From Octopus vulgaris (Eukaryota): DNA of 64,000 nucleotides. The stretch covers positions 57,846,001-57,910,000 of the forward strand of contig OX597815.1 of the NCBI GenBank assembly GCA_951406725.2, in the 5' to 3' direction. Below, piece by piece: positions 1 to 11,603 of the stretch. A program made the translations under genes and the position numbers. Position 1 is the first letter of the stretch, and each line of letters opens with the position of its first letter. The notes beneath the pieces were generated by a model. It was not told the DNA's origin and made no database searches. It saw only the letters and a program-made list of their open reading frames with translations.

Positions 1-56
1 ACAAAGTCACAAAAGTGTCAATAGTGTTCAAAGAGTAACAATATCAATGTACTTAC

Positions 57-131
57 ATTGTTTGGAAGAGTACACTTCCCTTGGCGCTGACCTTCTTGAA
101 ATGTTTGTAGTATTTCTTCAGGATCAGGAAG
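57..131 (-). CDS. Putative internal exon of an unidentified gene (LPDPEEILQTFQEGQRQGKCTLPNN); gene continues off the left edge
   Basis: T-rich tract plus tatag acceptor, GTAAGT donor, 75 nt, open in phase 0. Confidence 0.6.
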
Positions 132-639
132 CTATAATATATTTTATAATAAACAAAAACAAAAAAACAGTTTGAAAAAGCAGTATGTAACAAATATATC
201 ATTCTAACTTGAGTAGAATTATGTATCATGCAGTTCCAAGCTACTTCCAAGGCAGCCAATTTATGCAAAATATGAGATTTTGAAGAGTGAGATAACTGGA
301 GATGAGCACTGGGCAGCATTGTAAATCAAAAGAGCACAGGATGTTATAATGATGATAGATGATTTCTTAAGTTGATGAATAAAGGGCTGACCATTTAAGT
401 TTGTATAAATACATTACAACACAATAGAATTTCAGCTTTGAAAAAATAAAACTCAGACCATATAAATATACTCACTTCTTAAGAATGATATTTAATGAAT
501 GCTAGGTTGCAAGTTCAAATTTTCTGCAAGTATGGAACAAGTAACATCTACCAATTCACATAAGAAACTGAAAATGCTTGGATTTCCAGAATTTCAGTCT
601 CTTTGTGTCAGCTTCAAAGATATTCATCTTTTTCTTTAG

Positions 640-1160
640 GTGCCATGTCCAGAATGTAGGATGTGTGATCATATCCTGCCACAACTCTCTGTTCTTTAAT
701 TTAAGTAAGTTCCAGTTCCTAATGTTTGATGCCTCTTTCTTCCAACCAGTTTGTCAAGCTTAACATCCATATCATCCTCCTAATTTCCTCTGCTTTTTTT
801 TTCCTTTCAGTTTTTCCAGTCATCCCTAAGATCTCCAGGACCTTTTTCCTCATCACATGACCAAGAAATTTCAGTTGTTTGGCCCTTATCTCATGAAACA
901 GTTTCCTATTTACCACAGCCCAGGTCATCTCTTGTTCATTAGATATTGAGGATATTATGATATCCTCAATATTCTCCTTAAGAACAAATCATAGCTCACC
1001 AAGCACATTTCTGATGTTATAGACCATGTTTTACTTCCATATATTAACACAGGGTAGGCATAGCATCTCCATATATGGATCTTGGTCTTGAAACTCATAG
1101 CATGGTTTCTCAAGATGTTACACAATTTTGAGAATGCAGATTTTGCCAGCATTATTCATC
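640..1160 (-). mobile_element. Degenerate RTE-type LINE 3' fragment (post-RT region)
   Basis: ORFs 955-1152 and 719-928 read AKSAFSKL..YAYPVLIYGSKTW..FLRRILRISW and RAKQLKFLGHVMRK, typical of RTE C-termini. Confidence 0.75.
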
Positions 1161-2144
1161 TTAGTAAAGTCACATGAAGGGACTCACCATGTCCAATAGT
1201 CTAATAGTTCTGCATACCTGTCACCCTGGATTGTTATTCCATTCATTAACTCTAAAAGGATGAAAGGCAAAGTTGCTTTTTGTAGGATTTGAATTCTGAG
1301 CACAGAATAATTACCCACAAGGTATTTAATTCTAAGCTCTAACAACTTTGCCAATTTATCACATTAACTTGCAGAATATGCAATATTAACTTGGAATGAC
1401 AGATGGAGCAGGAGAAATGATATTTTAAATATGAACAATAAATGACAGTTGAAAAACTTTTTGATGAGAGATGGGAATGTCTGAGGCAGAGGAAGTACAG
1501 AGAAGGTACTGAGGAACAGAGCCCATTATAGCAACAATAGAAAAGACATAAAAAGAAGACACAAAACTAGTAATCCCAAGGCAGGAGCCTACTACAAATA
1601 TGACTATGTCAGTCAGTCAAGTGGCTTTTATCTGGATGCAGTCTAGGATGTCTGTGTGTGTAACAACAGCACCATTTCATTTGACCTTTGTACCAACTGC
1701 CAAGAGCTGAAATATTTTCTGACCCTGAATAGAAGGACCAGTATCTAGGATATAATACTAACTATAGTAAGGACATGCTTTTGCCTGGAGAGGTCCTCAA
1801 TGATAGTGAAACCCAGCTCTAGTTAAGAGCTACTCATGCTTAGAGAAGAAGCTATGGTGTTTTCTTGATATAAGTTGTAGAATGACAGTGGAATATATTA
1901 GTGACTGAAAAAGATAAAGGAAGATGTGAAATTAGATATCAAAATATTGGATCAGGTGAATTAAGTAATGCTTACAGGATTGAGCTGAGAAGAGTAGCCA
2001 TATGCTAAACTGAAGATCTGTCTAACCTATACCACCTGATAAAACTGGATATGTGTGAGTAATGATTTAAGTTTTGAATTTGAGCTCAAATTATCAGAAA
2101 TCAAGCCATTAAACCTCACATGTAAAATATCTGAAATATTTTAC

Positions 2145-2213
2145 CTCTGATGTTACAGAATTTGAGCTTTGGGTTATTTCTCTCAGACTTTCCAAATTTG
2201 GTGCCATTTCTTT
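2145..2213 (-). CDS. Putative internal exon of the unidentified gene (KEMAPNLESLREITQSSNSVTSE)
   Basis: tcttcttattcatatag acceptor, GAG|GTAAAA donor, 69 nt, open in phase 0; the +1 frame has a stop. Confidence 0.55.
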
Positions 2214-2493
2214 CTATATGAATAAGAAGAATATTTTAAATATCGAAATATTATATATCACAGAGAAATATTTGTGTATCCTTTCTTCAAATATGAAATG
2301 ACTAGTATATTGAGAATTATATACCTAACCCCAGAACTACTAGTTTCTTATTCATAAATCACCTATATACTTAAACCAAAGAACTCTTGGAGCATATTTC
2401 ATTGCTAAAGTGTGTTTTCATTTACATAGCTCTGCAACTATGTCAAATCATCCCCTCCATCCATTGTTCTTAAACTTTTGCATCACTGGGGAA

Positions 2494-3060
2494 CCACTGA
2501 AATTTTCCTAGATCAGTCCCTTCACAGATTTGATCTATGCATTGCATGATTTTCACTGACAGAGGAGGTTCAGAGATGGTAGAGAAGAGGTGAGAGATGG
2601 TAGAAATGTATGGGAGGGAGAAGGACATCAGTACATCAGAGCTGGTTGAGAGAATTTGCAATTTTCTGGATGAAGACCATTGTGTGTCTATAAAGACAAA
2701 AGCATAGTTTGGAGTTGATGTAGCAAAAATACACACATGTTTTCATCAAGATCTGGGCATGTGCAAAATATGTACAGAGTTTGTTTCCAGGGTGCTCAAT
2801 GACAAACAGAAGGAAAGCTGCATTGGTGGAAGCAAGATGATGATTAAGCTCATTACCTCCAACCTAAGAATATTTGAGTCTCTGGTGACCCGTGACAAAA
2901 GATGTATCAACTGTCATGATCCAGAAACCAAGAAATAGAGTACCCTACAGAAGTAGCCCCCAACCTCCCTACAGTTCAGACCTTGCTGCCTGTGACTTTT
3001 ATTTGTTCCCCTAGCTGAAGTTGAACCTCAGTGAGTTGTTTTGAAGACACTGAGAAGGCT
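2494..3060 (+). mobile_element. Internally deleted mariner (Tc1/mariner) transposase remnant
   Basis: Closely similar to 11920-12420; contains PPYSSDLAACDFYLFP, a match to the mariner PYSPDLAPCDF motif. Confidence 0.8.
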
Positions 3061-3689
3061 AAAGATAAGAGCCTAATTCTGTGCCAGAAGACAAAATGGA
3101 AAAGGCATGGAAGCTGTAAAAACCATCTGCTATATGTAAGTTTGAAGAGGAATACTCACTTATAGTAACAAGGAGAATGAAATAAGCAACTATAACAATC
3201 GACAACCTGATGAAAGCTAAAAACCAGACTTATTGTTGGAAAATTTAGTAGGGCAGTGGCTGACATGATGGTGAAATGGTCCATCAAACACAACCATAAA
3301 AGCCAAGAGGTAGGGTTACAGTGAATAATACTTTGAAGCTAGAAGAGAAGTTAGACATCAAGTACATATAACAAGGAGAGATGCTGAAAGTCATGTCTGC
3401 CCCTTGAAGATCAGAGGTATGTTTTTATGTTTTTTGGGGGTATTGTTTTTGACTTATGAAACAGTTTGCCTGTGTAAATCACACCATTATTGATGAAAAG
3501 TATGTAACAACATTGGTGCACCTGCCCTCACTGATGTCAAGAAGAAATGGCAACAGAAATGAAAATGAAATATTACTGAATGAGAATGTGTGGGAGAGAA
3601 TGGGGACTACTTGAGTATGTAGCTTGCCCTTAGTGAAATCCTCTCTCTCTCTGACATATATAACATAAATATGGACGTAGTAGATAACA

Positions 3690-4607
3690 GTTAACCTTCG
3701 GTCGCTTGAGCCCTGTTGTGTCCACTACTCTGATTGGTTGATTTTGGTGCAGTTTGTCTCTTGCTTTATTTTGCGCCAATGTGTGATCCAACCAATCACC
3801 GCCTTCTGATAAGGTCCCATGACACAGTCTTCTAAATTCTCTTCTGGAGCCTATAATTTGCTATAAAAGCTTCAGCGATTCACCCTATCTCATCTTTGGT
3901 TCTCACTACTGACCACAGAGCACAGCCAGTTCCAGCAACAGACAACACCAGCAGTATTCAGGACCTCCACCACCATCGCCTTCATCTTAATGTCGCCTTC
4001 AATCTTAACGTCGTCTCCATCTCTGTCGCCTTCATCTTATCAACGCCAATATTCACCCAGGTCTAACTTCTCACTGTTTGTGAATATTTCACCATGGTTA
4101 ACAGTAAGCTCTACCTGCAAGAACCCTCTGTACCAAGTAACCTGGCACAACATAGAAGCCACAACCTCTACATGCGTAGTAACTGGCTCTGCCTTGTTCG
4201 CCTCAATTTCAATTGTGCAAAGTACTATGTACTGGTATTATCTTCATCTTGTGTCTGAACTTCTAATGTCCTGTTGTAGACTTTCTATTGCTCTATTTTA
4301 TCTTACACACATACACCCTTGTTTGTACACACATACACATTATGTATGCTTGACAGCCTGTCTATTATTATTGTTCTATCTTATATGTACTTATGATGCA
4401 CACACATACACACACTCTGCTACCCACATGTTATCATCTAAATAAAACCTTTCTCTTAAATATATTATGGTTGTATTGTCTTCTCCTTATTCCTTCCTGG
4501 CACTTGTATACATTTATCTATATTTTGGCTTTTATTGTAAGGCAACTGTGCGGTGTTTAAAGGAGTCATTCATTCGTCACCTCTCCTTTTCGCACGGTCG
4601 TTCTACA
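3690..4607 (+). mobile_element. Unclassified ~0.9-kb LTR-like repeat
   Basis: More CpG-rich than its flanks; CCAAT motifs, TATAAAA at ~3862, AATAAA at ~4441, ends in TTCTACA; no clean 5' TG or short TSD. Confidence 0.4.
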
Positions 4608-4619
4608 AGTATATAACCA

Positions 4620-5900
4620 GAAACTGTCATTAAAGATAGGAAAGAAGAACACAGCAGTGTTATACTTGCTGACTGGTGCAGTAGTATCATCATCAGCTGC
4701 AACTCAGGCAAAGAAGATTTTCTAGAAAGGAGCAACTACAGAAATATCAAATTATCAAAGTTATGAAGGCGGTATAAGGAAAATTAACTTAGATGAGATG
4801 CAGTTTTATACCATGACAGGAAATCATTGATACTCTCTTCTTGCAGAAGTTCTTAAGAGCAAGCTACTATATATGTTGGCTTTTTAAGGTTGCAAAGAAA
4901 ACTGTATAAATGAGTGGCTTCTGAGAACTATAACAACCATATACATGGGTGGGTACTGTCAGCAAGGTGAAAGATAATGAGTTTAGTGAGAATTTAATAT
5001 GCAGAAAAGTCTCCATCAGTTCTCAGCTTTTCATTTATTATAGTCCTCAGGGCAATTGCAGACTTGTTGTCAGTAATAACTCCTGACTGCTGATATCAGG
5101 CCTGAGTCAGTAAAAAAATTGCATGCAAAGTTCTAATTACAGAAGTATGCCTAGTTAGCAGAAAAGAAGACAAAATTCAACTGTCATGTTTGATATGTAA
5201 GGTAGAAATTATATATTGCGTACCCAATGTAAATTACAGGTACATGAAAAATGCTATGGAATCACAGGCAATATGACAGAAAAAAGACTATGTATATAGC
5301 TGAAGCACAAAGTAGATAGTACTAAGAAACCAATGAATTGCATTATTTTGTATGCTATTCTAGAAATAACTGGCAGGTCCTATTACTTATGTGACCTAAT
5401 TATCTGTGAAAATGGGTATTGCACAGTGTAAGGATGGGAAGGAAAAGAGCTTAAGGAACTATTATCTCTTTTGGCAATATAGTGATTCTCTCTTTTGATA
5501 AAAGTCAGATTTTACAATGCTTATGTTGAAATGCATTGCATGGTAGTAAAAATGGATGTGTGAAAGTTGAATAGAAATGAGATGAATATGTATGAACAAT
5601 GGAAAACAGGTGAACCAAGGGAGAAAAATGAATATAAGGAGCATCAAAGGCAGTGTGCAAAATTATGCTGGTATGGACATGCACTGCACATGAAGACTGA
5701 CAATTAATGAAGAATTATCGACTGATCCAAGTAGAGGGAATATATTGAAAGGAAGACCAAGGAAGAAGTGGTGAAAACTCATCTCAAGATGCTGAACATC
5801 ATAAAGATGAGACTAAGGGCTGCAACAAATCGTAAGGTACTGTACTCGAGTAGACCAGCCCCACTACTGCAAGTATAAAGAAATTAACAGTAAAGCAATG
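4620..5900 (+). mobile_element. Highly decayed copy of the PHD-bearing RTE-like LINE (RT to 3' end)
   Basis: Patchy similarity to 36310-37650, e.g. gactggtgcagtag, tagatgagatgcagttt, atagtcctc, ggaagaccaaggaaga. Confidence 0.65.
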
Positions 5901-5966
5901 ATAATATAATCAATTATAACAATGTTGAAATAGCACCAATGTAACTAAGAGGAATTAAGTACTTAC

Positions 5967-6017
5967 AAAATCAGTGAAAGTAGAATAGGGTGAACCTTTT
6001 TCTTTCTGCAGTGATTT
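5967..6017 (-). CDS. Putative internal exon of the unidentified gene (KSLQKEKGSPYSTFTDF)
   Basis: T-run plus atag acceptor, GTAAGT donor, 51 nt, phase 0. Confidence 0.6.
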
Positions 6018-6154
6018 CTATAAAAAAAGTGAAGTAAAGTGATTTGTTATATTTCATATATTGGACTCTATAGGAATGTGATAAACCTCTTCTTAGAAAA
6101 GCTTAGAGTAACAAAGTTCACAAGAATGAAAACTAGGTTATATATATCTCTTAT

Positions 6155-6446
6155 CTTTTACTTAATTCAGTCATTAAACTGAGGCCATGCTTTGAAGAAT
6201 CATAGTCAAACAAATCATCCCTAGTACTTATTTTTTTTTTTTAAGCTGGGTACTCATACTATCACCTCCTTTACTGAACTGCTAAGTTACAGAGATGTAA
6301 ACACACCAACTTCAGTTGTCAAGTGGTGGCAGTAAGAACAAACACTGATACAAAGACATGCATGCACCCCTCCACATACAGCTCCACAAACAAGGAGCCA
6401 AGAACCATGTGGTTGGGAAGCAAACTTCTTAACACACAGCCATGCC
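6155..6446 (-). mobile_element. tRNA-derived SINE, family 1 (deleted copy)
   Basis: Reverse complement of the head and tail of the 23312-23725 copy. Confidence 0.8.
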
Positions 6447-6599
6447 AAAGGAGTAAATCCCTTGTCAGCCCTCTCTCAGCCCACAAATAGCTGATCTAAG
6501 GGAGATAACCCATCCTCACTGACACTGGACTATTCTTAGATGATGAAATGACCAATGACCACAATGGATTTCTTCCTCCCAGAGGTGAAGAGTTATATT

Positions 6600-6682
6600 T
6601 GTCTTCAGACTAGTGTCTGATGAGATATCTGCGAAGCTATAGCCTTCATGGATGTGAAACCACAGGACACTATGACTAGACA
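6600..6682 (+). ncRNA. Degenerate type I hammerhead ribozyme-like motif
   Basis: TAGTGT-CTGATGA-G-[12-bp stem with wobbles and one mismatch]-GAAAC-CACAGG-ACACTA; the NUH cleavage triplet is absent. Confidence 0.5.
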
Positions 6683-6829
6683 TTAACTTTATTACTTTTA
6701 TATATATATATGTTTATATATAAACACTTCATAGAACTTCTATGTAAACGAAATGTATATCAATTCAGATTAAAGCTAACACACACACATGCACGTATGG
6801 AGTCTTATCCACTTTCACTTGCAAAAGTA

Positions 6830-7205
6830 AACTGGCTGCATAGTAAGAAGCTTGCTTCTCAACCACATGGTTTGGGATTCAATCCCACTGCGTAGCACCT
6901 AGGCCAGCCAAAGCCTAGGTAGAGGATTTGGTAGATGTAAACTGAAGGAGCCCATTGTATGTGTGTGTGTGTGTGGGTCTGGGTTGTGTCTTTGTATTTG
7001 TGTTTGTCTCCTACCATCACTTGACAATTGGTGCTGGTGTGTTTACATCTCCATAACTTAGCAGTTCGCCAAAAGAGACCAATAGAATAAGTATCAGTCT
7101 TAAAAAATAAATACTGGGGTTGATTTGTTCAACTAAGAATCCGCCAAGGCAGTGCCCCAGCATGGCCACAGCCTAATGACTGAAATAAGTACAAGAATAA
7201 AGAAA
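6830..7205 (+). mobile_element. tRNA-derived SINE, family 1
   Basis: Pol III A/B-box-like head, internal (TG)n, tail GGCAGTGCCCCAGCATGGCCACAG..TGACTGAAA plus A-rich repeat. Confidence 0.85.
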
Positions 7206-8288
7206 GAATGCATGCACACTATTTATTTTTATGTTTTTATTCCACATATTTTTCACATGAATCACCATATAATTCAAAATTAATACTGATTTAGTTCGTC
7301 AGATACCAGATGCAGTGTGTATCCCTCACAATTAAACCATCAACATGAAATTTTAGGATGATTTTGCAAGATTTAATTCTATTTCTTTGGAGAATGTGAA
7401 ACAAAACAGAATTTCAGTCATGAACTAAATGATATTTCATTTGCTTCCCCTATGCTGTTTAATAAACAAAAGTTGAATGTTAGGAGATTTACTGAAAATA
7501 AAGTAACTAATGTACAGAAGCTAAAAACAGCTCTTTTTTAACTTTAGTTGATTATCTTTCATTATATTTACAATATGTTTTTAATAATTTGTTAATTACA
7601 GATCTTCTTAATTATTTAGCTTATAAGGATGAAACCTTCAGTTTCTGTTAAATAGTTTGTTTTTTTTAATATTTACTTCTCTGTGTCTGAATGGGTTGTA
7701 TGGATCTGTAAATTTGGATAATTGTATGTATTGCTGTTGGTTTGGAATACAAAGGAATATGAGCAAAAATTGGAGAAGAAAAGTAATCACAATAAAATAC
7801 AAATTCATTAAGAGGACAGCAATCAGGCTATGAAATTATTTGACTGATTAAAATAGAGCCTTAATTCAGAGATTTGTGGATATTTAGTATTTAAATAAAT
7901 GTTGCTTTTTATGAACAAACTGGTAATAGACTTAATACTTATTTTATAGATTCCTCATTTGAAATAAACCAAATAATGTGAAAAAAAATGTTCCACGGTA
8001 TGGTGGATAACTTGAAGACTTCATTTTCATGCAATAATCTAAGGGAAGTTTTATTGGTTATGATCTCTCATTACTTTTGCTAGGTCATTATGAAAAGCTC
8101 TGCCACCTGTTAATGATTCTGTATCTGAACGGCTTACAGGGATCAGTATACTTTTCAAGTAATAACAAGTAATAGGAGTGGGTAACTAGAAGTTATTTGT
8201 CTATCACAAAATGACAACAGGTAATCTATTCAACCAATCAACTGGCAGAGTATCAATTTTATCATCAGCAACTTTCAAAACATTATCA

Positions 8289-8510
8289 AAGGCAGTGAGC
8301 TGGCAGAATCATTAGCATGCTAGGCAAAATGCTTAGCAACATTTCATCTATCTTCATGTTCTAAGTTCAAATTCTGCCAAGGTCAACTTCGCTTTTCATC
8401 CTTTCAGTGTCAATAAAATAATAAAATAAATGCCTGCTGAACACTGGGGTTGATATAATCGATTTACAGCCGCCCCCAACTTGCTGGCCTTGTGCCAAAA
8501 TTTGAAATCA
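8289..8510 (+). mobile_element. tRNA-derived SINE, family 2
   Basis: GGCAGTGAGCTGGCAGAATC..GTTCAAATTC head and TTTCATCCTTTC..TCAATAAA core; related copies at ~1190-1360(-), 9500-9695(-), 16860-17075(+), 18350-18470(+), 29310-29540(+). Confidence 0.85.
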
Positions 8511-8558
8511 ACTTACAAAAAATAGTTACACAAATTTTACAGTAGAAGTTTGCCATAC

Positions 8559-8603
8559 CTTTTCAAAGGAAACTGGAAGACTTTTAGTACTGCTATCAGA
8601 ATT
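8559..8603 (-). CDS. Putative internal exon of the unidentified gene (NSDSSTKSLPVSFEK)
   Basis: tcttccacag acceptor, AAG|GTATGG donor, 45 nt, phase 0. Confidence 0.55.
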
Positions 8604-8854
8604 CTGTGGAAGATATTCAGTAATTTAGTTACTATTATAGCATCAAAACAGCTATAAATGTATATAACAATACATTTTGCATATAATGACATCTTGAACA
8701 AAATAGAATGTCAAGTTGAATAAAATACAAATGTTTGTGTGGATGTAGTGCAGATTCTTATACAAATGTAACAGAAATGCCTATAAAAATATGCAATATA
8801 TTCAACTACTGTGAAAGCTGTGGTCATTTTGAGATAAAACCATTTCGTTAACAA

Positions 8855-9330
8855 CTAGGAGTTGCCCAGCCTTCACCCCAGTCTGTATTGTACTCAAATG
8901 TATTTATAAGGCATCTTTTGTAATGCCTATGTGTCACATTGTAGTTAAAGGCTGTTAGTCATCACTCTTCACGAGAAAAAGGTCTAAATTCCAACCTGAT
9001 TTGTTGTTGCTCTTATTCCTGGGAGGCAGGAATCTGTTACAGTCATTTGGTCAAAGAATAAATAGTCGGGGGGGGGGGGGGTCAGTGGGGATGGGTTATC
9101 TCCCCATGACCAGTTTTTTTTTTGGGGGGGGGGCAAAGAGGGGGAACAAGGGATTTACCCCTTGGACTGCTTTTGGATCATAAGGACCCTTCTGGGTTTA
9201 ATCGGAGAACAAGGAATCCATGCTTGCAGCAAGTAGTGCTTTAAATGGATGCAGGGGATGTAAATTTCCTGGCAAGTGTTCAGTGATCCAGGTTTCAGAG
9301 TCTTTGAGTATCCTCGCTGAAGTTTTAATT
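8855..9330 (-). mobile_element. Possible non-autonomous Helitron-like fragment (3' end)
   Basis: CTAG|T terminus at 8855 preceded on the minus strand by an imperfect GC-rich hairpin; 5' end not defined. Confidence 0.35.
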
Positions 9331-9846
9331 CTTATTGCTCTTGTGTTTCTATGGCAATTACATTGGTCCCAGTGCTAAATCCGGTACATTTTTTATTGAC
9401 CCCAGAAAGATGAAAAGCAAAGTCAACCCAGTGGTGAAAGAGAAGATTAGAGTGGAATGGATAAAAATGTTTAATGAATAGTTATAAATCTTATATTCTT
9501 TTCTATTCTAGGCACAAGGCCTGAAATTTTGGGAGAGGTGGCCAGTCAATCAGATCAACCCCAGTATGCAACTGATACTTAATTTATCAACCACAAAAGG
9601 ATGAAAGGCAAAGTTGACCTTGGCAGAATTTGAACTCAGAACATAAAGACTGATGAAATACCGCGTGCTAACGTTTCTTCCAGTTCACCGCCTTGTTTTT
9701 TTAAAATTATACTGGTGTAGCAATCTCATATCACCCACTATTCAGTTCTTGTTGTAATTTGAAATCAATTACATCCTACCTGCTAGGATTTCAGATAACC
9801 CCCAACCAATCCATCATTGAATATTTAATGCCTTGGCAGCAATTAA

Positions 9847-9860
9847 AGTGTGTGTGTGTG

Positions 9861-9909
<49 letters not shown>

Positions 9910-9928
9910 ACGCGTGCACACATGTGCG
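9847..9928. repeat. (TG)n microsatellite
   Basis: Directly visible. Confidence 0.95.
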
Positions 9929-10509
9929 TTAGATACGTGTGTCTAAATCAGAGAGAGTTTGAGCATCCACTTAGTTGTTTAAAGTTGAAAAACCCTCATC
10001 TAAAGTGTATGAATATATTTTTTGGATAATAATTGTGTGTAAATATTTTGTTTTTCATATAAATATATTTTGTTTGCATTTAAAGATATCTTTTACCTTT
10101 TACTTGTTTCAGTCATTAGACTGTAGCCATGCTGGGGCACCAACTTAGAGAATTTTAGCTAAATGAATTATCCCTATTACTTATTTTTTAAGCCTGGTAC
10201 ACACACATACATACACACCTGAGGTTAAAGTAAATGACTCTTGCCCAATGTGTCACACAGTGGACTAAACCCAGGACCATGTGTTTGGGAAGCAAATTTC
10301 TTACCACACAGCGATGCCTGCACCAATATATATTAATATATTTTGCTTTGTATAATATATATTTAAATCATATTTGACATGTATGTTTTTGTAATTATTT
10401 TATCCATAATAAATTTGAACTGAAATAACAGTTTAAATCATCAGAAAATAAAACAAACTAATGCTTCCATAGGTTTAAAGTGTTTTTAAAGGCATTATAA
10501 AACGCTATG

Positions 10510-11510
10510 TAATCTAGGTGTAGTTGGAAAACTTGGAGAATAGGTATGGGATTTTTTAAAAGATAGAATTCAAGCAGAGGTGGTCAATGGACCCACTGCT
10601 AATGAAACAAATGCAGTGAATGATGTTCCATGGGACACAGTCTTAGGGCCACTTCTATTCAAATTGACCTTCTCAGACATGCCATTAGCTGCTCAGATAG
10701 CCACCCTTGCTAGCTATGCAGATGATTTTGAAGTCTCTCAGAGGATACAGAAACCTGGAGACATTGCATGCCTGCAATATATAGGTGGGCTGATCAAAAT
10801 AACATGTAGTATAATGCTGGAAAGTTCTAAGCTCTGCACTACCAATACACAAAGCTGAATGAAGACAGGATACATTAGTCCAGGAGGATTGCAATCCCTG
10901 AATTAAAATCCGTGCACAGCCTGGTTAGTGACATGAGTAATGATGCATCTTTCCAGGGCATATTACTAATTTGGCAATAAAATACAGATGACTGGATGGA
11001 TCCTTAGTTCTTTCAGAACAAGCAAACAGGAAACCATGACAGTCCTCTGAAGAACATTTATCCACAGCCACTTAGACTACAGCATCCAACTATGGTCACC
11101 ACAAAGTGTAAAAGTGATAACAGAACTTCAAGCAATCCAATGAATCTCTACAAATAAGGTTGTCTCATTGTTACAGGCCTGCTATTGAGAAAAGCTGAGA
11201 AAGTTAAGACTCTACTCCTTAGAACAAAGGTGGGAAAGATATGTAGTGATATACATCTGGAAAATCCTGGAAGTACTTGTACCAAGCTTAAGCATTGAAA
11301 GTTATACAGACAGCATAGTGCCAAAGATCCCAACACTGCCAACAGGATACAGAACTAGACACTGTAATAGCTTAAGTTTCAAGGGCTCACAGCTCTTCAA
11401 TATTCTCCAAAAAAGCCTGAGAAACCAGCACGGGGTGGATATAACAAAGCTAATGGAGGTGTCCCAACATGGCCACAGATCTCAAGCGCCAACTAATAAA
11501 AGATAAAAGA
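10510..11510 (+). mobile_element. CR1/L2-group LINE, 5'-truncated and degenerate (RT C-terminal half plus 3' tail)
   Basis: VPWDTVLGPLLF..ASYADD, LDYSIQLWSP, IYIWKILE; same family as 55040-56058. Confidence 0.85.
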
Positions 11511-11603
11511 AATTAGAGGATGTACAGAAAAAAAAAAATCAAATTGGAAAACTTGTTGATTGTAACACATGTAATTCTATAACATTTCTTTTCCATAGAC
11601 ATA

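Noticed and set aside
476-567. Extra exon of the left gene with a GTGAGT donor
   Set aside because: The longer acceptor choices give stops in all frames, and the shortest gives 26 nt, which breaks the frame
7677-8145. Similar 27-nt motifs at ~7680-7706 and ~8117-8143 (DPYNPFRHR and DPCKPFRYR on the minus strand) as duplicated exons
   Set aside because: The match is short and the phases do not fit the phase-0 chain, so chance cannot be excluded
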